IMG/VR virus record: IMGVR_UViG_3300042868_005520
Coordinates: 49,198-113,197 of that record
Origin: a virus
Reading direction: 5' to 3' (one strand)
DNA: 64,000 bases
In this document: one piece after another, positions 46,710 to 56,003 of the stretch
How positions within the stretch are numbered: position 1 is the stretch's first letter
Layout of the letters: each line of letters opens with the position of its first letter
Made by a program: the position numbers and the translations under genes
The notes under the pieces: model-generated
Database searches by the model: none
Seen by the model: only the letters and a program-made list of their open reading frames with translations
What the model was told of the DNA's origin: nothing

Positions 46710-47465
46710 ATGAAGACACTACTCACAAGTTTGGCACTGGGAGCCTCAGTCACAGGAACCGCGTTTGCACAGGCTACACAGCCTGTAGCGGCTTCCCCAA
46801 CGGCTGTACCGCTCGTAGACGCACTCACGCTAAAGGAAACCTTTAGCCTGTTTGCAAAGGACGGCAGCAACAGCAGTGTTGCGGCTCTTGACTCCACGAT
46901 TGGCGTGAAGGCAATTGGTTTGGATTGGCATATTACTGTGCCAGCGTATGTTTCCGATTCGTCGGGTTACGGCGGTCTTGATGTTGGTACTTCGTGGACT
47001 GCGCTTGATGCAGTTGATTTCATTGGCTCCAAGACATCACTTGCCATCCAAGGTGGTTTGTGGATGCCTATTGGATCCGCCAATTACGAAACCACGAATC
47101 TTGATCCGCATCTCGGTCTGCTAGTTGGATTTGATTGGGGCAAGTTTAATCTTGCACAGTCTGCTGACTGGCGTTTCGTTGGTGGCTCATATTACGATCC
47201 GTATTTGGATCGCGTGAGCGATGATGTTGCTACTCTCGTCACTAATTTTGATTACACCCTTTCGGAAACAGTTTCCGTTGGTGTAGACCTGACACAGAAG
47301 TATGTGTGTTCGGTTGGTGATGGAGTGGTTCTGCTCGGTCCATCGGTCGAGTGGAAGGCTGCATCGAATGTTACTGTTGGCGCAGGAATCGGTTTTCCTG
47401 TTTGGCAGCAACTCGCAGTTGAGAACAACTGTGTTGCTAATGCCGCCGTTTCTTTCAAGTTCTGA
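46710..47465 (+). CDS. outer-membrane beta-barrel protein
   Basis: Signal peptide (AFA|Q), alternating beta strands, C-terminal VSFKF. Confidence 0.75.
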   Translation: MKTLLTSLALGASVTGTAFAQATQPVAASPTAVPLVDALTLKETFSLFAKDGSNSSVAALDSTIGVKAIGLDWHITVPAYVSDSSGYGGLDVGTSWTALDAVDFIGSKTSLAIQGGLWMPIGSANYETTNLDPHLGLLVGFDWGKFNLAQSADWRFVGGSYYDPYLDRVSDDVATLVTNFDYTLSETVSVGVDLTQKYVCSVGDGVVLLGPSVEWKAASNVTVGAGIGFPVWQQLAVENNCVANAAVSFKF

Positions 47466-47492
47466 TTTTAATTCTTAAAAGGATTTACTACT

Positions 47493-47657
47493 ATGGCTAC
47501 TACTACTGCTACTAAGTCTTGCCCTGTTATTGGTTCGTTCTGCTGGAAGAACCCTCTGCACCTTGTTGCTTTCTTTGCTCTGCTTCCGTTTGCCATCAAG
47601 GGCGCAGTGTTTCTCTACCATGCGGCAGAGAACGCAGTCGGCACGCTTGTTAAGTAA
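47493..47657 (+). CDS. 54-aa membrane peptide
   Basis: SD AAGGA; hydrophobic helix; terminator 47687-47719. Confidence 0.55.
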   Translation: MATTTATKSCPVIGSFCWKNPLHLVAFFALLPFAIKGAVFLYHAAENAVGTLVK

Positions 47658-47795
47658 TTAACTAGACAATTAAATAATTGATTCGGAGAAGGAGAGCGGA
47701 AACGCTCTCTTTTTCTTTTGTAAAATTGGCAAGTGAAATATACAAAGGGGGTCAAAGGGCTTGTGTAAACAGGGAGATGGTGTATACTGTGATAC

Positions 47796-48233
47796 ATGAG
47801 CCAAACACCTACACCGCACTTTCTGTTCTCGTCTGATGGTACTGTATGCACGGGATTCCTCAGTTTCCGCGATGGAGTAATCATTGCCACCGTGGACTGC
47901 GCGGGAGTTAATTGGCGCAACAATCTTGCTCAGTGCACCTTTGTGCAGTACCGATCAACACCACAGGGTCGTAAGAAGTGGAATGATTTAATCTCTTATG
48001 GTCGTGTAACTGAAAAGGTTTACAGCACAACATATCCAACCGTTGCTTGGCTCGAAACAAAGGATCAACCAAGTGTGAAAACAATATGCTTGGGATTGCT
48101 GATGACTTTTTATCACTCTGCAAATTCAAGCACCGATCCACTTGAAACACTTGATATTGCGGATCACCGTATTCTTGCAAGCAGTCATGTAGCCCGTGAA
48201 ACTATTAATACCCTTTACGCTTTGGAGGCATAA
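47796..48233 (+). CDS. hypothetical early protein
   Basis: Leaderless promoter TTGTGT-16-TATACT. Confidence 0.6.
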   Translation: MSQTPTPHFLFSSDGTVCTGFLSFRDGVIIATVDCAGVNWRNNLAQCTFVQYRSTPQGRKKWNDLISYGRVTEKVYSTTYPTVAWLETKDQPSVKTICLGLLMTFYHSANSSTDPLETLDIADHRILASSHVARETINTLYALEA

Positions 48234-48235
48234 TC

Positions 48236-48670
48236 GTGGCAGATATTTTACAGCGATGGCAGCAACAGTTTCCTCTGTGTTTTGAATCACAAGACAACGA
48301 CCTGTATGGTGTGTCTTGTGGTGATGGGTGGTATCCAATTATTGAAAGCCTTCTTGGTGGAATCGAAAATCATCTGAAGGCAAAGTACGAAGCAGGATTT
48401 CGTCCTGTGGTGGAAAATGGAGAGTTCCCGTTCACCATTCAGTGCATTAAAGAAAAGTTTGGAACCCTTCGCTTCTATGTGAGCGGAGCCGATGACACGG
48501 TTTACAGAATGATTGTGGGTGCAGAAACAGCGTCCTCCATTACCTGTGAAGCCTGTGGTGCACCAGGAAAGTTCTCACGGCGAGGCGCATGGTTCCGAAC
48601 GATGTGTAGTAATTGCTCTACCGAGCACGGTTATGTTTTAGCAGACGAGGAGACGAGTGATGTTGAGTAA
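48236..48670 (+). CDS. conserved phage protein (KEKFGTLRFY, zinc finger)
   Basis: GDGW...IKEKFGTLRFY...CEACG...CSNC. Confidence 0.75.
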   Translation: MADILQRWQQQFPLCFESQDNDLYGVSCGDGWYPIIESLLGGIENHLKAKYEAGFRPVVENGEFPFTIQCIKEKFGTLRFYVSGADDTVYRMIVGAETASSITCEACGAPGKFSRRGAWFRTMCSNCSTEHGYVLADEETSDVE

Positions 48671-48707
48671 AGACGCAGTAAACGAAACGAACCCACAGGA
48701 GAGTATT

Positions 48708-48956
48708 ATGAAGACCATTATTGAAAATAAATTGACAGAGGGAATTACTCTGCGCGTCACCTTCACCAAGAAGGACGGCACAGAGCGCGTGATGACTTGC
48801 ACGAAGAACATGGAAAAGATTCCCGTGGAGCATCACCCAAAGGGAACAGGCAAGCCGCGCACAAGCGATGCGATTGCAGTATTTGATTTGGACAACAATG
48901 GTTGGAGATCGTTTTCACCGAGTTCGGTTCTTGCAGTGGAATCCATTTACAATTAA
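48708..48956 (+). CDS. WYL-like SH3 beta-barrel protein
   Basis: VTFTKKDGTERVMTCT...VFDLDNNGWRSF. Confidence 0.8.
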   Translation: MKTIIENKLTEGITLRVTFTKKDGTERVMTCTKNMEKIPVEHHPKGTGKPRTSDAIAVFDLDNNGWRSFSPSSVLAVESIYN

Positions 48957-49042
48957 AATAATCATGGTTTGACTGTACCAAAAACAGGCTGAAATACAGG
49001 GGATTCTGTCAATAAGTTATCGGACTTTACCCTCCGTGACCA

Positions 49043-49071
49043 TTGACGGAATCCCCTGTTTTTAGTATAAT
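49043..49071 (+). promoter_or_regulatory. strong sigma70 promoter
   Basis: TTGACG-17-TATAAT. Confidence 0.85.
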
Positions 49072-49079
49072 TTGACTAT

Positions 49080-49931
49080 ATGGCTACCGCTCCGTCCGCT
49101 ACCGTCTCCTCACCGTCTCGCACCAAAATGCCGAAAGCATCCACTTACAATATCTACACGCTCAACGCTTCCACGCCCCCATACGGTCTGTGGATCAATA
49201 TTCCGTTTCGCACCAAGGGCAGCACCGCTATTCGCGATGAAGCAAAAACTCGCGGAGCGCGTTTTGTTCCTGCTGCAAAGGGCAAAATGAAGTGGTGGCT
49301 TCCGCAAAATAAGTTTACTACTGAAACCATTGCTTGGTTGAACACGAACCAAATGATTCACGGTGAACGCTTGGCTCCTGTGTTTAATGCCAATGCTTTG
49401 CAGTTCAGCGACATCAATACAGCACTGCCGTTTCGCTTGTGGCTTGTTGTTCCGTTTGCCCACAAGGACGGAGTGAAGAACCTTGGTGCAAAGTGGAGCG
49501 GCGATTTAAAGAAGTGGTATTTCGATAATCGCACACTCACGCCTGGCATTTTCACCAATATGTTGGCGAATAAATGGGCTTGGTGCTTTAGCGGTACAAC
49601 CGTTTTAAATCCAGGACAGATTTCAGAAATCAATTTTTCTGCTGAAGACTTGGATAGTAAGCGTACTGCTCCTCTTACTCGCACAGTGGTGCAGCCTACA
49701 GCGGCTCCTGCTGCTGATGTTCCGTTTCGGATGCAGTTGTGGTCATTCGAGAAGAATGATCACCTCATCGTCATGTGTACTACAGCCGATGGTCGTGTTA
49801 ATATTAAGTCTTCAGACGAGACTTATGTAAGCAACATCTACACCAAGGAAGAAGCGCGTACCTGTTGGAACTGTATTGTTGCTGACGGTTGGGTACTCAC
49901 AGTCACACACAAGCAAGGAGAACACGAATGA
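49080..49931 (+). CDS. protein with two DUF5710-like domains
   Basis: IPF...DEAKTRGARF...KWW and VPFAHKDGVKNLGAKW...KWY. Confidence 0.65.
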   Translation: MATAPSATVSSPSRTKMPKASTYNIYTLNASTPPYGLWINIPFRTKGSTAIRDEAKTRGARFVPAAKGKMKWWLPQNKFTTETIAWLNTNQMIHGERLAPVFNANALQFSDINTALPFRLWLVVPFAHKDGVKNLGAKWSGDLKKWYFDNRTLTPGIFTNMLANKWAWCFSGTTVLNPGQISEINFSAEDLDSKRTAPLTRTVVQPTAAPAADVPFRMQLWSFEKNDHLIVMCTTADGRVNIKSSDETYVSNIYTKEEARTCWNCIVADGWVLTVTHKQGEHE

Positions 49932-50155
49932 ATGAAGTATTCACTATACGACAGTGGATGTTTACACGAAATCATGAGGAGTTAGTCATCATGAGCACCA
50001 CCACTTATGATCGTGGAATGATAAGGATTCAGTCTCGTGACCGACACGGAACCATATTAGACGATATGCACACGAAGGTTGAAGCGCGTACCATGTGGTA
50101 CGCTCTACTCGCTGACGGTTGGTTTCTTAATAAAAAGGAGAAAACTTATGCATAA
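49928..50155 (+). CDS. paralog of the C-terminal domain of 49080-49931
   Basis: TKVEARTMWYALLADGW vs TKEEARTCWNCIVADGW. Confidence 0.65.
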   Translation: MNEVFTIRQWMFTRNHEELVIMSTTTYDRGMIRIQSRDRHGTILDDMHTKVEARTMWYALLADGWFLNKKEKTYA

Positions 50156-51006
50156 CAAAAAAGATATTGTTGATCGCTTGATGCTCAAGCCACCACTGCA
50201 TACTTTGACTAGTTACGAATTAGTCGAAGCAGCAAATGAAATTACTCGGCTCCGCAAGGAACTTGCCGAGATTAAAAATTCAAGGAGAACACATGAAGAT
50301 TAGAGCAGGAAAATTCGTCTACGATGCCCTGTGCGAAGGACAACGCCTACGCCCCAAGACATGGGGCAAGAAGGATCGGTGTCCACGCAAGGAGCGAAGA
50401 CAGGCAAAACGAGAATTACAAAATCACTGAACCCCCTACAAGCCGCCCTATGAGGCGGCTTTTTTCATAGATACTTTGGGAGTTTATCATGCTTGACAGT
50501 GAAAGAATCATCGGCATTGATTTGGTGCGTATTGACGGCGACCAAGGAGTCTACGGAATATATCAATCCGTGGATGGAGGAGGTGAGTGGGAGAAACTCA
50601 CAGAGGCTTCGCGAGTGTATGACCTGTTGGATTACGCAAAGGATAAATTTGCAAACACCACACCAATGGTAATTCCTCAACAGATTCAAAGCATTCTTCG
50701 GTATGAAATAATGGAAGAGGCGGCAACGGAAAAGTTAAAGGCAGTACCAAATAAAGTAGAAACAGTACAACCAAAAACAAATACTATATGGTGGAGACGA
50801 CTCCTTGAACTTGTTTTGAAAAGGAAGTAGCCATGAAGAAAACCGAGAATGAACTCCGCGAAGAACTGCTTAACTCTGCTGCTCTAGCAATTCATTCCTA
50901 CGAAGAGTACTTGCTTGACAAGGTTGGATGGCGCGAACTTGCCCTTGTAATGGATGCCCTCCGTAAATCCATTACCGCGATAGACAAACACAAACTATCG
51001 AAATAA
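50148..51006 (+). CDS. four small hypothetical ORFs (50148-50303, 50293-50430, 50489-50830, 50833-51006)
   Basis: SD-preceded, tightly packed; terminator 50441-50465. Confidence 0.5.
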
Positions 51007-51281
51007 TCTATTTTCGTGAAGTATAGATTTTTATATTGAGTGGTTTTTTCCACTCGTATAAGTATCTGTGTGCTGGTTCAATGAATGATAGTATTAAGAT
51101 ATAAGAAACATATATCAGAATACACTCTCAGTACCAGAGGGACACCCAACAGAATTAAATAGACGAAGAAGACCCCGAAGAGGTCACGCTGTCCCCCGAT
51201 CAAATCAAATATACGAAATGCTCCCATAGGGGTTGCGTTCTCTTTGCGCCTTGCTATAATTAGGGAGTAAGGAGTCAGAGC

Positions 51282-51756
51282 ATGACAGCGTACAGGCTAC
51301 ACATCGACATCGCCATGCCTTTGAGTGAAGCAGAAGCACTCGTGGTTTCTCAAACCGTGATTACTGCACTTCAATCCCCTCATCTCCTTGAGGAACTTCG
51401 GAGCCGCGAAGTTCCCTCTATTAACTACCGTCTTGGTCACGATACGGATCGAGGGAAGAGCAACTACTTCCTGAAGACCCCTAGTGGTCATGTTACCAAC
51501 AAGAAAAGTCGAGTTGCAATTACCGAGGATACCCATGAAGAAGTCAATTAAGTCTGCTCCAAAGAAGTCTACCAAGAAGTCCCCTAAGACCGCTCCTACT
51601 GTTCTCTATGTGAATACTGAACTAGAGGCAATTGCAATTTCAGTAATGCTGTCGGTTGCACTGATTGTTGCCCTTGTCTCTGCACCTTTGGTTCCTGCAC
51701 TGTGCATCACAGGACTTGTTGCTGCTTCGTTCCTGCTTGCATCAATTCATCGTTAA
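51282..51756 (+). CDS. two small ORFs (51282-51551; 51535-51756 membrane protein)
   Basis: Promoter TTGCGT-16-TATAAT at 51233-51260; SD AGGAG. Confidence 0.55.
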
Positions 51757-51763
51757 ATTTTTT

Positions 51764-51834
51764 GGGCGGTGGGCGGACGGCTCCGCAGATCCGCTTATAT
51801 CGGATTCAATCAGGATCGACACCTGAACCGCCTA
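51764..51834 (+). tRNA. atypical tRNA-Ile(UAU)
   Basis: GGGCGGT/ACCGCCT; GCGG/CCGC; ATCCG-CTTATAT-CGGAT; TCAGG-ATCGACA-CCTGA. Confidence 0.75.
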
Positions 51835-51882
51835 TTTTACTACTTCACCCCCGTCTGATTGCCTACTCACCTTGGATACGCT

Positions 51883-53389
51883 ATGAACGAAAACGAATTC
51901 TTAAATTACGAGTCTGATACCGAAACCGATCAAATTGCTTTTATTGACTACGAAGGAATGGGATTGTGGATTTTTGGAATTCATCACGGCGCAAGTGTAA
52001 AGCCTGAATTCGAAACTTCCGAGATCGTGGATCGGGATTCCGATCTAAATAAGTTGGTGGGACGAGCAGTTCGTGATTGGGGTGTTGATCCCCGTGAATT
52101 GTGGGTTTCACCGTGTGCGCGAGAAATTGCTGTTCTCGCATTAACAGGAATGAAAATCTAACGGAGCACTACATTATGAGTACACCCAAGAAGCCCATGC
52201 AGATCACCCTTACGCTGAATATTAGCGACACGGTGTTTCTAAAGATTGCAAAGTTGGCGCACGACACCAACACCACATTCAATCAACAGATTAATCGTAT
52301 TGTGCAGGAAGGTATTTCTCGCGTTGGCGAAACTACACCTGCACCCACTGTGCCTACTACCGTTTCCACTCATACATTTTAACGGTACGCCATGCACGGA
52401 ATCATTTATGGATTTGGAGACGACTACTCACATGGGGGTACGCCATGCACGGGAAAGACGAAGCCGAATTGGAAGCCCTTCGGGACTTGGCGAAAGCCGT
52501 TGCTGAATTACGCGGAGGGTTGCCGCCACTTGAACGGTTCAGGCGTGATCGCGGAGGGGCATTGGAATACTCCCCTCACACCCTCTCTCTATTCCGATCC
52601 GCTTGGAGAAAATTAAATGTCTGCAAAAAATTTCATACAAGCGAGTAATGAATGTCTAGAAAACACGCAGCAGGAAAAGGCGACTCCTATCGCAAGGTTG
52701 ATCGCGTGGCTTGGGAGAGTGGGTGGGAAGCCGCCTTTGGCTCCAAAGGATCTGCCCCCAAGCGGAACAGTAGTAAGCGGAAGAATGGGGGGAAGAGAAA
52801 TCCACCGAAAGATTCTTCTGCGGGTAATGCATAATTTAAGTGAAGAGTACTACGGAGCAGGATGGATTGTGGGGTTAGAACACTACCTGTGGCACATGGC
52901 TCTTCGACAGAGTACTGAAGAAGGACAAATTCTTCTGTACTGCGCGGAAACAAGTGGCGGGTGGTGGATGTGGGATGATGCTCAAGGAGGACCGCTGTTT
53001 GTTCCTCTTGCTGTGTGGCGCACCGCTTACAATGAAAACGAAATGGCTTTACCAATATGACCGCAAAAAATTCAAAAACTCAGTGGTCGTGGCGCAACCG
53101 ATACGGTCAAGAGCGCATCACCACAAAAACAGGTGAGAACACTTTTACTGTTGAAGGCGCAAGTGCGTTTATTCGTTCTGCGTGGGTTGAAAACGAACCA
53201 GGGGTAATTGACTTTGTAGACTTTGAAGGCGGACCATTTATTAGTTTGCGGTCTTCCATGTGGGAATACGGTGTTGCAGGAGTAGACCGTGAGCGGGTTG
53301 TGGTGGGCGTGGCTATGTCGGCACTCCGTGTAGAACTCGGCGAATTGCGGACAAGCGATTGGGTTCGTGTTGAACTCACTGTTGCATAA
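51883..53389 (+). CDS. cluster of small hypothetical ORFs (51883-52161, 52176-52382, 52445-52648, 52652-52834, 52785-53060, 53057-53389)
   Basis: Packed ORFs; GKGDSYRKVD and DFEGGPFI motifs typical of phage proteins; some starts uncertain. Confidence 0.5.
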
Positions 53390-53394
53390 ATACT

Positions 53395-53713
53395 TTTGGT
53401 ATTGTTGATCTCGGAATGAAATCCGTACAAGACGGGGGTTCGAATCCCCCCGACTCCATTAGCCTAATCTAGAGCACCTGTAAAACTCTAGAGACGGCGA
53501 GACAAGTCCTCGCAACAGTGGGGCATTTCCCGAAGTCCTAGGCTTCGGGTCACGGGGTCGAAAGGAATAGATTGGCGAAAAGTAAGGATGAAGGAGATAC
53601 CCGACACGGGTAACAAGTGTCGTAAATAAACCGTTGCAAACCATGATTGCTAACAAACTAGCAATGGCGGCTTAAAGCCGTGGGGACTAGCCCTCCCGCA
53701 TCTGAAAGGGCTG
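53395..53713 (+). ncRNA. ssrA: circularly permuted (two-piece) tmRNA
   Basis: Acceptor piece GGGGG-TTCGAAT-CCCCC-CGACTCCA ends 53458; coding piece starts GGGGTCG at 53554 (G3.U70); pk1 CGACAC/GTGTCG; tag ANKLAMAA* at 53649-53675; outer ends approximate. Confidence 0.88.
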
Positions 53714-53740
53714 AAAGGGGAGTCGCAAGGCTCCCTTTTC
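53714..53740 (+). terminator. terminator
   Basis: AAAGGGGAGTC-GCAA-GGCTCCCTTTT. Confidence 0.8.
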
Positions 53741-53771
53741 CATTTATACATACAATACAAGGAGATCGCGC

Positions 53772-54020
53772 ATGAGTTACCTATTCAACGAAGCAATACC
53801 ATTTGGTGGCACAGGTGGGCAATTTGGCGGCAAGAACAAGGGAGTTCTACTCACCAATACTACGGGTAGTGGAAATACTGTAGACATTTACACTTACAAG
53901 GCTAACGGCACAACACTTTCAAATCGTGTTAGCCTGATGGGCAATGAGTCTAAGATTTTTCAGATTCGTGCATGGGGTATTTCCTGTGGTGCTGGCATCA
54001 CGGGTGCGCTGCTCTCGTAA
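53772..54020 (+). CDS. small G-x-T-rich late protein
   Basis: TACATA upstream, SD AAGGAG. Confidence 0.6.
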   Translation: MSYLFNEAIPFGGTGGQFGGKNKGVLLTNTTGSGNTVDIYTYKANGTTLSNRVSLMGNESKIFQIRAWGISCGAGITGALLS

Positions 54021-54124
54021 TTAAATAATTGAGATGGGGTTGCTCCCTTGACACTCTTGCCACACACGCTATACTGTGTGCATGGCAAAGAGAATTCTGT
54101 ATCACATTAAAGTAGATGCAATAC

Positions 54125-54196
54125 GCGGGTGTCGTATAGCGGCTATTACGCGGGTTTTCCAAACCCGTCACGAGAGTTCGATTCTCTCCTCCCGCA
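54125..54196 (+). tRNA. tRNA-Gly(UCC)
   Basis: CGGGT-TTTCCAA-ACCCG; promoter TTGACA-16-TATACT at 54048-54075. Confidence 0.88.
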
Positions 54197-54198
54197 TT

Positions 54199-54264
54199 GT
54201 AGGTATGATGTAAATGGAAACATTCCACTTCGTGGATATGCAAGTTCGAATCCTGCTACCTACA
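54199..54264 (+). ncRNA. tRNA-like RNA with 3-nt anticodon loop
   Basis: GTAGGTA/TACCTAC acceptor; ATGT/ACAT D-stem; TCCAC-TTC-GTGGA; GCAAG-TTCGAAT-CCTGC. Confidence 0.7.
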
Positions 54265-54306
54265 CCTAATTAAACCGAGTTACATTAGCACTACAGGAAA
54301 CATTAT

Positions 54307-54537
54307 ATGAGCAAGCGAGAACTAAAGCAAAACATGGATTTGTTTATTACAATTAATCCACACCACCCTGATGAGCCAGCACTCCACATCAGGGGAGTGG
54401 ACACTCACGAACAGGTGGATACATATAATGTTGATGAGGTGGAAGACCTTATTGACCGACTTCATGTAGTGCTTGGTGAAATGGTTCACAAGCAGAAAAT
54501 CATGGAGTTAAATAAAACTCCATCGCTTTGGGATTAA
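54307..54537 (+). CDS. hypothetical protein
   Basis: SD AGGA. Confidence 0.6.
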   Translation: MSKRELKQNMDLFITINPHHPDEPALHIRGVDTHEQVDTYNVDEVEDLIDRLHVVLGEMVHKQKIMELNKTPSLWD

Positions 54538-54552
54538 ATATATTCGTCCATC

Positions 54553-54626
54553 GCCTTGGTAACTCAGTTGGTAGTAGTAGCAAACTTTTAATTTGCAAGT
54601 CGTGAGTTCAAATCTCACCCAAGGCA
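54553..54626 (+). tRNA. tRNA-Lys(UUU)
   Basis: GCCTTGG/CCAAGGC; GCAAA-CTTTTAA-TTTGC. Confidence 0.9.
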
Positions 54627-54645
54627 CAATACACAGGAACCGCAC

Positions 54646-55074
54646 ATGGCAAAGAAGACAAAGAAACCCGTCAGCAAACGAACCAAACCTGTGGTTGCCG
54701 CCAAGGCTCCCAAGGCTCCACGCAAGCCCTACACAAAGGCTGTGAAGCCCGTAGAAGCCCCTGTGGTTGTGGTTACCACCGAACCCGCTGTACAGACGCT
54801 GTTACAGGTAGAGCCAACGGACAAGCCTTTAAATATTACATGGAATTATCCTGTTGAATATACCAAAGTCAGCAAAGACGAACCGCTGGTGGACGAGGTA
54901 TTGAATTACAGTACTTCAGTAATTTCCAAGGTGAAATCATTCTTTAATAAGTCTGATTATATTACTGATATTCGTGATGCTGCGTTTGCACATCCCCTGA
55001 TCTTTGGTGTACTGTTTGCCATCGCACTATTTGCATTCTCTGCACTCGTGTACACAGTCATTGGTCTGTATTGA
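54646..55074 (+). CDS. basic N-terminus, C-terminal TM protein
   Basis: K/P/A-rich start, hydrophobic tail. Confidence 0.6.
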   Translation: MAKKTKKPVSKRTKPVVAAKAPKAPRKPYTKAVKPVEAPVVVVTTEPAVQTLLQVEPTDKPLNITWNYPVEYTKVSKDEPLVDEVLNYSTSVISKVKSFFNKSDYITDIRDAAFAHPLIFGVLFAIALFAFSALVYTVIGLY

Positions 55075-55224
55075 AATATTGAGTCAAATCAAATATAGAA
55101 ATATCAGCACTACCCATTGACAGTACATACTAACCGTGTTACAATTAGGACATCGAAACGCAGAATGATGTTGGGCTGACATCCGATGCGTAAACTTTCT
55201 AAAGCCCACTATTGGAGATTTGCA

Positions 55225-55500
55225 ATGGCTACTAAGACTCTCAGCAATCGTCGTCGTGTTCTCAACTTCCTCGCCGCTGGCAACAGCCTGACTTCCGCTC
55301 AGGCTGCTACGAAGTTCGGTGTGAAGAACTTCCGCGCCATGATCAGCGACATTCGTTCGCAGGTCGAAGCGTTTGGTAATTGGGAAGTCGTTAGCACCGT
55401 CAAGAACGGCAAGACGATTTACAGCATGGAAGACACCCATGATGGTGATCGTACCTATGCTTTCAAGCAGGACGGTACGCGTTACATGGTCAATGCCTAA
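55225..55500 (+). CDS. winged-HTH DNA-binding protein
   Basis: VLNFLAAGNSLTSAQAATKFGVKNFRAMISDIR; promoter TTGACA-17-TACAAT at 55117-55145; terminator 55523-55559. Confidence 0.75.
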   Translation: MATKTLSNRRRVLNFLAAGNSLTSAQAATKFGVKNFRAMISDIRSQVEAFGNWEVVSTVKNGKTIYSMEDTHDGDRTYAFKQDGTRYMVNA

Positions 55501-55590
55501 TCATTGACTAATTACTTGCCCTTGGGGTGGCTGCGACCGATTGGCGTAGCCACCCTTTTGGGTTTATATACTCTTTATGAAAGGTTTAGC

Positions 55591-55992
55591 ATGAATAAGT
55601 CATCTGTTTTTGTTGCGTATGCGGCTTTGTGCGTTGCAGGTTTTGCAGGTATTTCTCTGCTTGGAGTTACAGGCAAGAGTGATGATGTTCACGCAATCAC
55701 TGCATTCTTTGCGTTTTATGGATTTCTGTGCACCACTGGTCTTTTCTATGTGATTGCAAAGCAGAAGGCAACCATTGATGCCATGACTGCACGAACCGAC
55801 TCTATGCACGACACAATGTTCACCTTGAGTGAACAAAATAATGAGGACGCGGTTCGATGTGTTGATGAACTTCGTTCGGATATTGAACGCCGAATTGACG
55901 GTTTAGAAAATTTTGAACTGTCTAATATTTGGCGCAGCATTGAGGATTTGCAGAACGCAGATGCTGATGCAAAGTGCGGCTCTAAGAAGTAA
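55591..55992 (+). CDS. two-TM coiled-coil protein
   Basis: Two hydrophobic helices then heptads. Confidence 0.6.
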   Translation: MNKSSVFVAYAALCVAGFAGISLLGVTGKSDDVHAITAFFAFYGFLCTTGLFYVIAKQKATIDAMTARTDSMHDTMFTLSEQNNEDAVRCVDELRSDIERRIDGLENFELSNIWRSIEDLQNADADAKCGSKK

Positions 55993-56003
55993 ATTTTAAT
56001 ATT

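Noticed and set aside
52617-52784. Long N-terminus of ORF 52617-53060
   Set aside because: Overlaps the more credible GKGDS peptide at 52652-52834; real start is probably 52785 or later
53495-53560. HDV-like/theta ribozyme in the tmRNA spacer (TCCTCGC matches the HDV L3 loop)
   Set aside because: P3, P1 and P2 partners could not be assembled, and the spacer does not start with G at the acceptor 3' end
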